64,000 nucleotides of DNA from a virus: positions 32,001 to 96,000 of the IMG/VR virus record IMGVR_UViG_3300024513_000016; one strand, written 5' to 3'. Of the stretch, positions 40,427 to 48,298 are shown one piece after another (the first letter of the stretch is position 1; each line of letters starts with the position of its first letter). Under the pieces are notes generated by a model that searched no databases, was not told the origin of the DNA, and worked only from the letters and a program-made list of their open reading frames with translations. The translations under genes were made by a program, and so were the position numbers.

Positions 40427-41356
40427 TCACATCTCAGCAAGTTTCGAGAAATAATCTAGTGCATTATCTTCATCCTCATCTTCATCATCTTCAATGACAG
40501 TTGGTTTAGAAGATTTTGTTGGTGAAGATTTTTTCTCCATGAGTTTTTCATACTCATCTTCAACTTCATCTTCAACCTCAGGATCAATTTGCTTACGATT
40601 ATTAGAACTCTTAAGTCCAAGAACCAGGTCTAGACGATTCTTCAAGTCATCATAAGATTTAAATTTCTCGGGATCAACAAAATCATTCAAGTTGTAGAGT
40701 GTATCATAAACTTTCTTAAGTTCATCATCATCTCCATCAAGAAACTCCGAGGGTGTAGAAAATTCAGATTTATCATAGTTCCAATAACCATCAACCTTAC
40801 AGATCTTCAGTTTAAAATCTGCACCTGACCAGAAATCAAATGGGTTGATTGCTTCTTCATCTTGAAACTTAGGACGAAGTGCGGCATCAATCTTTTCAAA
40901 GATTTTTTTACCGTACTTAAAGATTTTAACCTTACCTTCATTTTCAGGATTAGCAGGATCTTTAATGATATAAACGTTAGAGTAATAAGAAAGTTTCCTC
41001 TTACGATCCCTTACAATGTTCTGTTTTTCTTTGCTACCAGTATTCCAGTCTTCCCTATTATGATCACAGACTGGACATTTACGACTAAGTGTAGTTGGAC
41101 AATTATCAATTAACCATTGTCCACTAGGACCCTGGAAAGCATGATTGAATACTTGCACATACTCATCATCCCAATCACCCCCAGCAGGCATAAAACGAAT
41201 TACTGCATACCCTGTGCCACTCTTATCCATGGAAGGTTTCCAAAACCTTTCATCATCAGATCCCCCACCACCATCATTAAGCTTTTCAACTTGTTTAATG
41301 AGTTTCTCAGTAAGAGAACCCATTTTAGATTGCTTTTTAAGATTAGCAAAGCTCAT
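40427..41356 (-). CDS. g32: ssDNA-binding protein gp32
   Basis: MSFANLKK...DERFWKP...GYAVIRF...HAFQGP...KRKLSYYSN...FKYGKKIF, acidic tail. Confidence 0.95.
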   Translation of the reverse strand: MSFANLKKQSKMGSLTEKLIKQVEKLNDGGGGSDDERFWKPSMDKSGTGYAVIRFMPAGGDWDDEYVQVFNHAFQGPSGQWLIDNCPTTLSRKCPVCDHNREDWNTGSKEKQNIVRDRKRKLSYYSNVYIIKDPANPENEGKVKIFKYGKKIFEKIDAALRPKFQDEEAINPFDFWSGADFKLKICKVDGYWNYDKSEFSTPSEFLDGDDDELKKVYDTLYNLNDFVDPEKFKSYDDLKNRLDLVLGLKSSNNRKQIDPEVEDEVEDEYEKLMEKKSSPTKSSKPTVIEDDEDEDEDNALDYFSKLAEM

Positions 41357-41426
41357 TGTTTTACCTCGTATTAAGTGTATTTGGCCTTTTTGACTTAGCT
41401 TGGATGCGGATTGTCTAGCCGCAATC

Positions 41427-41455
41427 ATCATATCACAGTTCCAATCCTTCTTCAA
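41427..41455 (-). promoter_or_regulatory. Sigma70-type promoter for g32
   Basis: TTGAAG-17 bp-TATGAT. Confidence 0.6.
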
Positions 41456-41765
41456 GTTTATTGATGGTCCCCTGAAGAAGCTCGAAAAATTCGTCCATCC
41501 CCTGTCCCTCTAGTAAACCAAACATTCGTGCAGATTGCAAGATTTTATCTCGGGTCTCTTTAGCCTCGGGATCATCAGAAAGAGACATTCTAAAGAAAAG
41601 CAATTTTTGCTTCTCAAGAAAATCTTTCATCAATTGAAGATGTCCTCTCTTCTGTTCCTTTGCCATATAAGGAAGATATAAAACTTGCCGAACCAATTCC
41701 TTTTGCATTTCAGCAAGTTCATTAAGTGTTTCTCTCACTATTTCTGAACTAAAAAAATCACTCAC
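41433..41765 (-). CDS. DUF1825-like protein
   Basis: FFSSEIVRE...LEKQKLLFFRMSLSDDPEA. Confidence 0.75.
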   Translation of the reverse strand: MSDFFSSEIVRETLNELAEMQKELVRQVLYLPYMAKEQKRGHLQLMKDFLEKQKLLFFRMSLSDDPEAKETRDKILQSARMFGLLEGQGMDEFFELLQGTINKLEEGLEL

Positions 41766-42351
41766 AAATGGTCTCCTTCAAAATCTTTGAATACTTCTTA
41801 ATATCTATATTTAGAAATGGTTTATACTTTTTAATTTTCATTCCCAAAACATCCCAAACTGGATCGTCTAAAATCTTATCGTAGTTATCTACGTAATTTA
41901 AAATATAATCAAGTATTACTAAAGTTTCAATAGATAATGCACCTTGCAAGTGTTTTTTAATTAAATCTGAATGGACTCCATTTTTACAAAGAAAAAATTC
42001 ATTAAAATTTTCTTTGTGAATAAAAACTGAAGATTCAGTTTGAAATGCGTAAGACATACTTTGCATTCTTTTTTTCCATTGCAAATATACTTCTTCTCCG
42101 TTTCTTATTATTTCAGAAATGTATACTTGCTGCGGATTGTCACAATTAACAAAATTGGATACAAAAAAATCTCTTATGTCTTGTTCTGATTTTTTTCTAG
42201 ATAACCTTTCAAAAAAATACTTGTCTGTCCTTTTATTGAAAGATTCTACAGAAGCTCTAGACTTACCACAATACTTAAAGTAATCATATGTATCTTTAGT
42301 AAAATGATTTTTTAATGCTAAAAATAATTTATAAACTTCAAAAGGTGTCAC
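41758..42351 (-). CDS. g59: Helicase loader gp59
   Basis: FEVYKLFLALKNHFTKDTYDYFKY.GK...DKYFFERLS. Confidence 0.9.
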   Translation of the reverse strand: MTPFEVYKLFLALKNHFTKDTYDYFKYCGKSRASVESFNKRTDKYFFERLSRKKSEQDIRDFFVSNFVNCDNPQQVYISEIIRNGEEVYLQWKKRMQSMSYAFQTESSVFIHKENFNEFFLCKNGVHSDLIKKHLQGALSIETLVILDYILNYVDNYDKILDDPVWDVLGMKIKKYKPFLNIDIKKYSKILKETICE

Positions 42352-42352
42352 A

Positions 42353-42613
42353 TCAAATTACCATTTTAGTTTTTGTAGTTTTTTTCAAGAAATTTAATTG
42401 AGTTGCATTGTGTCTAAGTTTTTCTTTTAATGGTTTAGAAATTAATTTAGGAATTGTTTCTATCTCAATATTGTTTTGCTCGCAATAATTTATAATTCCT
42501 TCAATGTAATCGCAATTATTTTCATGGACATATTTTTCAATGTCCAGTGCAAACTTTTCAGGAGATAAAAATTTTGTTTTTATAATTTCATCTACAGTAG
42601 TTGTATTGATCAT
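42353..42613 (-). CDS. g33: Late transcription co-activator gp33
   Basis: KFALDIE...YIEGIINYCEQNNIEIE...LISKPLKEKL..A..LNFLK. Confidence 0.9.
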   Translation of the reverse strand: MINTTTVDEIIKTKFLSPEKFALDIEKYVHENNCDYIEGIINYCEQNNIEIETIPKLISKPLKEKLRHNATQLNFLKKTTKTKMVI

Positions 42614-43281
42614 TTTGTATTTTCTTTTACGAAATGTTTGATGTATCTTACCAGAAGTTTGATGTATTTTGCAAGGTCTCTCTCCTCATAAACTACAAGT
42701 TCTCCATTTTCACAAGCCATAATTATAACTAATTTTTTTGCTTGAATGCCTGTGAGTTCATAAAGCATACATGCATATGCAGTTGCTTGTACAAAATAGT
42801 TTTCAATCCACTCACGAGGTTTTGGTTTTTTAGAAGACTTGTAATCTATAATAGAAATTTCACCGTCGAATTCTGCTATTGTATCAGCAGTTCCTGCAAT
42901 ACCAAGATATTTACTATAAAGACCTATTTCAATTCCATAGATCTTTCCAATTCTATCCAGAGCAGGTTTTATGATATTGAACAAATTAGTTGCAATTTCT
43001 GTGGTGTCTTTAGGCAAATCCTCATTTGAAATATAATGTTCAACTAAGGTGTGCATATCAGTTCCACGAGTAGTTGCTGCTTTTGTAATGCGATCAGCTT
43101 CAGCATTTCCTACTCGTCTTCTCCAATTTTCAAAAATCAAACGATTATAGAAACTAGTAACAGATGTAATAGAAACTAAACGAAGAAGATCATCTTCGTC
43201 TGGAACTTTATAATATCTAACTCCATCAATCATCTCCCTCTCTAATGGAAGGAGATCTAATTTAACATGTTCAAATTTCAC
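42610..43281 (-). CDS. PD-(D/E)XK exonuclease
   Basis: SITSVTS...RGTDMH...AGTADTIAE...IIDYKSS...YFVQATAY. Confidence 0.85.
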   Translation of the reverse strand: MKFEHVKLDLLPLEREMIDGVRYYKVPDEDDLLRLVSITSVTSFYNRLIFENWRRRVGNAEADRITKAATTRGTDMHTLVEHYISNEDLPKDTTEIATNLFNIIKPALDRIGKIYGIEIGLYSKYLGIAGTADTIAEFDGEISIIDYKSSKKPKPREWIENYFVQATAYACMLYELTGIQAKKLVIIMACENGELVVYEERDLAKYIKLLVRYIKHFVKENTK

Positions 43282-44039
43282 AATCCAAGTTCTCTTTTTG
43301 CTAAAATAAATTCTTTCACTAGACCGGAACGTACAATATCTTCTACTCCGAATTCAACAATATCCACTGATGGCATAATTTGCAAAACTCGAATAAAATC
43401 GTGGATTCCGTTCTTTTCGTTTGTTTTAATTAAATCACTTTGCTCAGCATCACCACTAAACATAATCTTACAGTTTTCACCAACTCTAGTAATTAGTGAA
43501 GACAATTCATGGAAATTACAGTTTTGCATCTCATCAATAATAAGAATGCAATTATCAAAAGTAGTTCCACGTAAGAATGATGTGCTCCAAAAACTGATAG
43601 TCTCTTGTGCTTTCAAATTTCCATAAAGCATTTCAAAATCTGCTTCAGATGGAAGTTGGAACATGTATTTTACCATATTCTTATATGGTATTTCAAACAA
43701 TTCGGATTTATCTTCATGCGATCCTGGAAGAAATCCGATTTCACGAGTTTGAACCAGAGATCTTATGATATAAATTTTATCATAAGATGAAACTTCATTT
43801 AAAACTTCTCTTAGTGCTTTGTAAAGAAGAACAAATGTTTTTCCACTACCAGGAACACCATGTGCAACTATATGTTTACCCTCATCGTAAGAAGAAAATA
43901 ATCTTTTTTGATTATCAGTCAATGGTTCAATATCTAAAAGCAAATCCAAATTAATTGGTTTTTTTCTTTTCATTTGCTTTGCAGTCATACCAGATCCGAT
44001 TCCAGTATAATCACCACTAGTTCTTTTTCTTCTTGCCAT
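43278..44039 (-). CDS. phoH: PhoH-like ATPase
   Basis: GVPGSGKT, REIGFLPG, SFLRGTTFD, IIDEMQN, GDAEQSD, DIVRSGLV. Confidence 0.95.
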   Translation of the reverse strand: MARRKRTSGDYTGIGSGMTAKQMKRKKPINLDLLLDIEPLTDNQKRLFSSYDEGKHIVAHGVPGSGKTFVLLYKALREVLNEVSSYDKIYIIRSLVQTREIGFLPGSHEDKSELFEIPYKNMVKYMFQLPSEADFEMLYGNLKAQETISFWSTSFLRGTTFDNCILIIDEMQNCNFHELSSLITRVGENCKIMFSGDAEQSDLIKTNEKNGIHDFIRVLQIMPSVDIVEFGVEDIVRSGLVKEFILAKRELGL

Positions 44040-44046
44040 AAAATTT

Positions 44047-44298
44047 TTATCCAATTGGTTTTACTTTTGATCCAGGAACCTGAGAAACTTTACTTAGAAC
44101 ATCATTCCATCCAGGTTTGGATTTAACTAATTTATCTTTCCATTCTCCAACTTCACCTGGAGTTGCACATCCTTCAGACCAATCCCTCTTCCATTCAGGA
44201 TTCTCTGAATACCATTGCATAATATCATTGACACTCATCTCAATGACTTTTTTTTCACCTGTTTCTTTATGAATTATTGGATAAATTGCCAAATTCAT
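44047..44298 (-). CDS. Hypothetical protein
   Basis: YPIIHKETGE...PGWNDVLSKVSQVPGS; upstream of phoH; start uncertain. Confidence 0.7.
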   Translation of the reverse strand: MNLAIYPIIHKETGEKKVIEMSVNDIMQWYSENPEWKRDWSEGCATPGEVGEWKDKLVKSKPGWNDVLSKVSQVPGSKVKPIG

Positions 44299-44321
44299 TC
44301 CTCCATAGTACGTAAGGATAT

Positions 44322-44480
44322 TTATTCAATGCAAATGGATGGTGCATCATCACATTCAACACAATTTATGCACTCATCCATATCTGGATTTTCTTTAAGA
44401 AATCCTTGAAATTCTTCTTTGGTCATAAGAATTTTAAAAACATGACCAGTAAGAGTATCTTTAATACAATAAGATTTCAT
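44322..44480 (-). CDS. Small Cys-containing protein (52 aa)
   Basis: Manual translation MKSYCIKDTLTGHVFKILMTKEEFQGFLKENPDMDECINCVECDDAPSICIE. Confidence 0.6.
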   Translation of the reverse strand: MKSYCIKDTLTGHVFKILMTKEEFQGFLKENPDMDECINCVECDDAPSICIE

Positions 44481-44505
44481 ATGATTTAATTCAAATAAAC
44501 TTTAT

Positions 44506-45258
44506 TTATGGAGAAAGTCTTGCTTTATGAAGTCTCTTTTCTTCATAATAATCCCATACATTAGGTGCCCATCTTTTAAGAATAGGTGCAATTTGTTCAG
44601 TAAGTGCTTGAATCTCAAGTTGAGCATCTAGTTTTGCTCTAAGATCCATTAGGTGAAGAGCAGATCTGAGATTAAATGATACTACAAAATTTTGTCGGAT
44701 TGCTTGTGCAAGATAATCACGAATGTGCTCTTCGCACATACCCTTTTCATACTTTACAGCATACCTTTTACAACCCTCTAAAATCCAATTAAGTTCATCA
44801 TGATAATCTTCTTCTGTCCAATCATATTTTTTACCATAACGATTTACATAAAACCCAGGAGGACGAACGTAAAAAACATCTTCAGTATTAAGTTCCCCAC
44901 TTGCAACTTTTACAACTCTTTTTCCAGTATAACGTTGTGATTGAACATCAAAACTTACTCCCACTCTGTGAGTCCTTGCTTGCATCGCAACGTTATGGAC
45001 ATACCCAGAGACCGAAACGGTAATGCCAGGGTGCTCCAGAGGTCCCCAGTGACCCTTATCATTCGATAGGAGACGTTCTACAATCCATTTGCCACACCCA
45101 GATGAATTTGGAATGTCTTGAGTATGAATAGGTGTCTCAGAGTAATCACACTTTGCTGCCTGATAAATGACTTGTTCTGGAATTGGATAGCATTGTAGCA
45201 TTACTACTTCCAAATTTTTATCAAGTTCAAGAAGATCTTTTGCTTTAATTGGTTTCAT
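44506..45258 (-). CDS. thyX: Flavin-dependent thymidylate synthase
   Basis: GHWGPLEH, QARTHRVGVSFDVQSQRY, NLRSALHLMDLR...AQLEIQ. Confidence 0.93.
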   Translation of the reverse strand: MKPIKAKDLLELDKNLEVVMLQCYPIPEQVIYQAAKCDYSETPIHTQDIPNSSGCGKWIVERLLSNDKGHWGPLEHPGITVSVSGYVHNVAMQARTHRVGVSFDVQSQRYTGKRVVKVASGELNTEDVFYVRPPGFYVNRYGKKYDWTEEDYHDELNWILEGCKRYAVKYEKGMCEEHIRDYLAQAIRQNFVVSFNLRSALHLMDLRAKLDAQLEIQALTEQIAPILKRWAPNVWDYYEEKRLHKARLSP

Positions 45259-45416
45259 TTTGTTCCAAATCCTTTACTAGTTTTTTTCTTATTTTCTTTC
45301 AGAAGACTTTCAATATTAATCATTTCCTTTTTCATGTACGAAAGTTCTTCATCACTATAAAGATGATCTTGCTTCAATGCTTTTTTGATCATCTTCAATA
45401 TTGCCTTTTCTCTCAT
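45255..45416 (-). CDS. Small hypothetical protein (53 aa)
   Basis: MREKAILKMIKKALKQDHLYSDEELSYMK...SKGFGTK; ATGA overlap with thyX. Confidence 0.7.
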   Translation of the reverse strand: MREKAILKMIKKALKQDHLYSDEELSYMKKEMINIESLLKENKKKTSKGFGTK

Positions 45417-45422
45417 TTTTAA

Positions 45423-45575
45423 TTACTCATCGAAGATTTCATCATAGTCCATAATAGAAGAATCTACAACATAATTATCTTTTACAGTTGTTTTATCTTC
45501 AATCATTTCAAGTTTTAATTGGTTAAGTAACAACTCCATATTTTTTATAATGAGTTTTATACGTTCTTTATCCAT
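45423..45575 (-). CDS. Small hypothetical protein (50 aa)
   Basis: MDKERIKLIIKNMELLLNQLKLE...DYDEIFDE. Confidence 0.7.
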   Translation of the reverse strand: MDKERIKLIIKNMELLLNQLKLEMIEDKTTVKDNYVVDSSIMDYDEIFDE

Positions 45576-45592
45576 AAATAAATGTTTTTTTA

Positions 45593-45630
45593 ATTTTACA
45601 TAAAAAAAGGGGGGAAGTCAAGTCCCCCTT
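45593..45630 (-). terminator. Terminator with embedded sigma70-type promoter
   Basis: AAGGGGGA-CTTGACT-TCCCCCC-T7 hairpin; TTGACT-17 bp-TAAAAT overlaps it. Confidence 0.75.
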
Positions 45631-45634
45631 CATA

Positions 45635-45736
45635 TTATTTTGCTGCTAACAAAGTAGCAAGAGATGCTTGATGACGACGTTCTTCTTTTTGTTTTTGTTC
45701 TTTAATCAATTGAAGTACATTAATAGTTTTAATCAT
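45635..45736 (-). CDS. Small peptide (33 aa)
   Basis: MIKTINVLQLIKEQKQKEERRHQASLATLLAAK; ATGA-coupled to the DUF4278 gene, SD GGAGG. Confidence 0.65.
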   Translation of the reverse strand: MIKTINVLQLIKEQKQKEERRHQASLATLLAAK

Positions 45737-45870
45737 TTATGTCCCTCCTTTACAAACTTAACCCCACGATAGGTCTCGTTGTATTGTTGAGGTTGTTGCA
45801 TCATTTGTTGTTGATACTCAAGACGTTTTTGGGTATCATACTCGACACCACGATAAACTACTTTAGACAT
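45733..45870 (-). CDS. DUF4278-like small protein (45 aa)
   Basis: MSKVVYRGVEYDT...ETYRGVKFVKEGHK with two YRGV motifs; SD AAGGAG; follows the riboswitches. Confidence 0.85.
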   Translation of the reverse strand: MSKVVYRGVEYDTQKRLEYQQQMMQQPQQYNETYRGVKFVKEGHK

Positions 45871-45902
45871 TAGGGTTGCTCCTTTACTTTTTAAGGTTAG
45901 GT

Positions 45903-45948
45903 GGCGTTCCTTCCGTCGGCTTTTGCGTCCCTTAGTAGGATGAACGAC
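45903..45948 (-). ncRNA. Glutamine-type riboswitch aptamer 2 (glnA/Downstream-peptide family)
   Basis: GUCGUUCA-UCCU-ACUAA-GGGA-CGCAAAAGCCGACGGAAGGAACGCC; P1 CGUUC/GAACG; directly upstream of a DUF4278-like gene. Confidence 0.8.
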
Positions 45949-45989
45949 CTACTCTTTTTCCACAATAGGTATAGAAAAACATAGGCATT

Positions 45990-46244
45990 CCGTTCCGAGT
46001 CGGCGTACTTCCGTCCTATTTAATTTTAGCACTTTTGAATAAAATCCTTTCGGAGTTCTAATAGCAATCGGTCTTCTGTTCTTTGATTAACTACATCGTC
46101 GTTTTTAACGATGTCCATTAGTTCCCACACAGTATCACAACTAAGTTTAACTGCATATTCAGTTGCAGTTAGTTGTGAAGTAGAAAAAGAAAGAAATGGA
46201 ACCCATGCTAAAAGCAAAAGTGCTTTAGCCATAGGATGAACGAT
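45990..46244 (-). ncRNA. Glutamine-type riboswitch aptamer 1, with an ORF in the P2 loop
   Basis: 5' half AUCGUUCA-UCCUAU (46244-46231); 3' half AUAGGA-CGGAAGUA-CGCCGACUCGGAACGG (46019-45990). Confidence 0.75.
46026..46232 (-). CDS. 68-aa protein with N-terminal hydrophobic segment, nested in riboswitch P2
   Basis: MAKALLLLAWVPFLSF...LSC...QKC; signal-like N-terminus and two Cys. Confidence 0.7.
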   Translation of the reverse strand: MAKALLLLAWVPFLSFSTSQLTATEYAVKLSCDTVWELMDIVKNDDVVNQRTEDRLLLELRKDFIQKC

Positions 46245-46250
46245 AATTGC

Positions 46251-46279
46251 AGTATACTACCTACAATATATCTAGTCAA
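46251..46279 (-). promoter_or_regulatory. Sigma70-type promoter for the riboswitch transcript
   Basis: TTGACT-17 bp-TATACT; predicted +1 near 46244, the first base of aptamer 1. Confidence 0.85.
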
Positions 46280-46295
46280 TTATTTTGTAACAAAT

Positions 46296-46550
46296 TTATT
46301 TTTTCTTTTTATTTTCTTTTACTTGATATCCGTATGTTTTAGGATTTACCGTACCAGAAGTCCAATCAATGCTTTTTACATTTCTATAATTATCATAATA
46401 ATAATCAAAAATTTCTACTCTAGATCCAGATTGCACAATATCATAAACAGGATGTTGAGCATCATCTAGATATGAAACTAAGTATGAATTTCTAGGTAAC
46501 TCTTTATTTTTTGCGTAGGTTGGATCGCAATCTCTGTGAATAATGTTCAT
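46296..46550 (-). CDS. Hypothetical protein
   Basis: IIHRDCDP...LPRNSYLV...IFDYYYD...GTVNPKTYG. Confidence 0.7.
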   Translation of the reverse strand: MNIIHRDCDPTYAKNKELPRNSYLVSYLDDAQHPVYDIVQSGSRVEIFDYYYDNYRNVKSIDWTSGTVNPKTYGYQVKENKKKK

Positions 46551-46557
46551 TTAAATT

Positions 46558-47175
46558 TTATCTATTAACTTCCCATGTAATATCAGGATAGGCTTCAGAT
46601 ACAATTTCTTTTGTAATGTTATACTTAGATTGTAATTTTTTATCTTTAACTAGACACATGATCTCTGCATCCAATGGATGTAAACCTTCTAGCATTTGAA
46701 TAAACATACTTTCACGACGAAGTTTAGGAACTCCTGCATTTCCAGGAACACCATTCTTAGACATTACAAAATTAATTAGTTTTTCATATTCAGTTCTTAA
46801 TGTTGTATGTCCTGTTCTAATTTTTTCAGTATAGCTTACAGAAGAACTTTTTTCTACTTCCATTTTTTCAACTTCTTTTCCAATCCTTTCTGAAATTGAT
46901 CCAGTTTTTACTAGATCATCAGAAACTGTTCCATATGGAACTTCACCTTCAGGTAACATGGAAATTACATTATCATCAAAATTCCAAATAAAAATAGCCT
47001 TCAATGAAGGATGTTCATGTTCTTTAAGAATTTGAACTTTTTTTGCATTCGTTCTTTGCTTACTTACCAATTGAAAAACTTCAAAAACAAAAGGATTATT
47101 TGGAAGTTTTTCAATTTTATCTACTGTTGCTTTTGTAGTAGTACTAGTTTTTTTTCTAGTTGTTGTAGAAGTCAT
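46558..47175 (-). CDS. Conserved T4-like phage hypothetical protein
   Basis: IWNFDDNVISMLPEGEVPY...RRESMFIQMLEGLHP. Confidence 0.75.
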   Translation of the reverse strand: MTSTTTRKKTSTTTKATVDKIEKLPNNPFVFEVFQLVSKQRTNAKKVQILKEHEHPSLKAIFIWNFDDNVISMLPEGEVPYGTVSDDLVKTGSISERIGKEVEKMEVEKSSSVSYTEKIRTGHTTLRTEYEKLINFVMSKNGVPGNAGVPKLRRESMFIQMLEGLHPLDAEIMCLVKDKKLQSKYNITKEIVSEAYPDITWEVNR

Positions 47176-47210
47176 AATTGTTTCAATTCATTTGTACTAT
47201 CTAGTCTAAC

Positions 47211-47444
47211 TCAATCGTCATCATCGTCATCATCTTCATTCTCAAAATATCCATTTTCAAATCTTACTGCAAGTATTTCATCTGGCATGACGTTTCCATT
47301 TTCATCAAACATCTCAGGGTGCATGAAAATTCTTTGAGGTTGCGTCTCGTAGGAGTGTGTCTTTGCTAACCAGCCAATTACCGACCCTACACATAAAAAC
47401 AAAATACTAATTAAACAAAAAATAGTGAGTTCTGCTGCTAACAT
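47211..47444 (-). CDS. Small membrane protein
   Basis: N-terminal TM helix, HPEMFDENGN, acidic tail. Confidence 0.7.
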   Translation of the reverse strand: MLAAELTIFCLISILFLCVGSVIGWLAKTHSYETQPQRIFMHPEMFDENGNVMPDEILAVRFENGYFENEDDDDDDD

Positions 47445-47644
47445 CTTTTTTCTCCTGAGATGTTGGTTTTTCTTTTAATAAAGAATTCTATTTGAAAATT
47501 AAATTCCCATCTTAAAATAGAAAATTTTTTTTTCAAACTAAATTTCTTACTTTTATTTTGTTCCCTTTTAGTTTTCTCCCTATGAAGCAGTAGTTCGACT
47601 CCACGATTTCTTTCGTGAATACTATTATTTAGATCTATCATCAA
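47438..47644 (-). CDS. Hypothetical basic protein
   Basis: 68 aa, NRGVELLL; overlaps both neighbours. Confidence 0.55.
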   Translation of the reverse strand: MMIDLNNSIHERNRGVELLLHREKTKREQNKSKKFSLKKKFSILRWEFNFQIEFFIKRKTNISGEKRC

Positions 47645-47892
47645 AGAAGATTATTTTCTTGCAGATATTTAACCGTATCTACACATCCACCAAGATGCTC
47701 AGTATCGTTCATAATAATTTGTGGGAAAGTAGATCCTTGTCCAAATTCTGCATAAAACTCTTCTGCAGTAAAATCTGTACCCAATTCATAACAAATTACA
47801 GGAGTTCCTCTCTTAATACTTAAATCTCCAAGAACCATTTTAATTTTGTCACAGAATGGACATCCAAGTTTTGAATAAATTGTAAAATTCAT
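47641..47892 (-). CDS. nrdC: Glutaredoxin
   Basis: CPFC, TFPQI, LGGC. Confidence 0.9.
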   Translation of the reverse strand: MNFTIYSKLGCPFCDKIKMVLGDLSIKRGTPVICYELGTDFTAEEFYAEFGQGSTFPQIIMNDTEHLGGCVDTVKYLQENNLL

Positions 47893-47899
47893 AGTAATT

Positions 47900-48274
47900 T
47901 TAAATTGCTGTATTGTTTTTACGTGGTCTATAAACTCTCAATTCTTGTTTAGAAAGTTGAGTCCTCCATTCTACTATATCACTGTATCTTTGCAATGTAA
48001 AGAACTCCTGTCTGCGAAACCAAGTTTCCCAATTTTCATGTGCTTTAGATCGATTACACTTTTCACATGCACATATAACATTCGTTAAATGATCAGTTCC
48101 ACCTTTAGATTGTGGAATTATATGATCCATTGTTAAATTTTCATCAGATTTACAATAAGCACATTTGTACTCCCATTTTTCTTTAATTGAATTTTTCCAT
48201 AATCTTCTAGATTCAGATGTTGAAGAAGTTTCAAGATTATACAAATAATCTTCTGAAGAATTGTAGAGTTGCAT
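47900..48274 (-). CDS. HNH endonuclease
   Basis: CAYC...TMDHIIPQSKGG...NVICACEKCNRSK. Confidence 0.9.
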   Translation of the reverse strand: MQLYNSSEDYLYNLETSSTSESRRLWKNSIKEKWEYKCAYCKSDENLTMDHIIPQSKGGTDHLTNVICACEKCNRSKAHENWETWFRRQEFFTLQRYSDIVEWRTQLSKQELRVYRPRKNNTAI

Positions 48275-48298
48275 TCTTTATTATAGAACTTGTAATAT

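Noticed and set aside
46252-46266. NtcA site at the riboswitch promoter
   Set aside because: Spacing is GTA-N7-TAC rather than N8.
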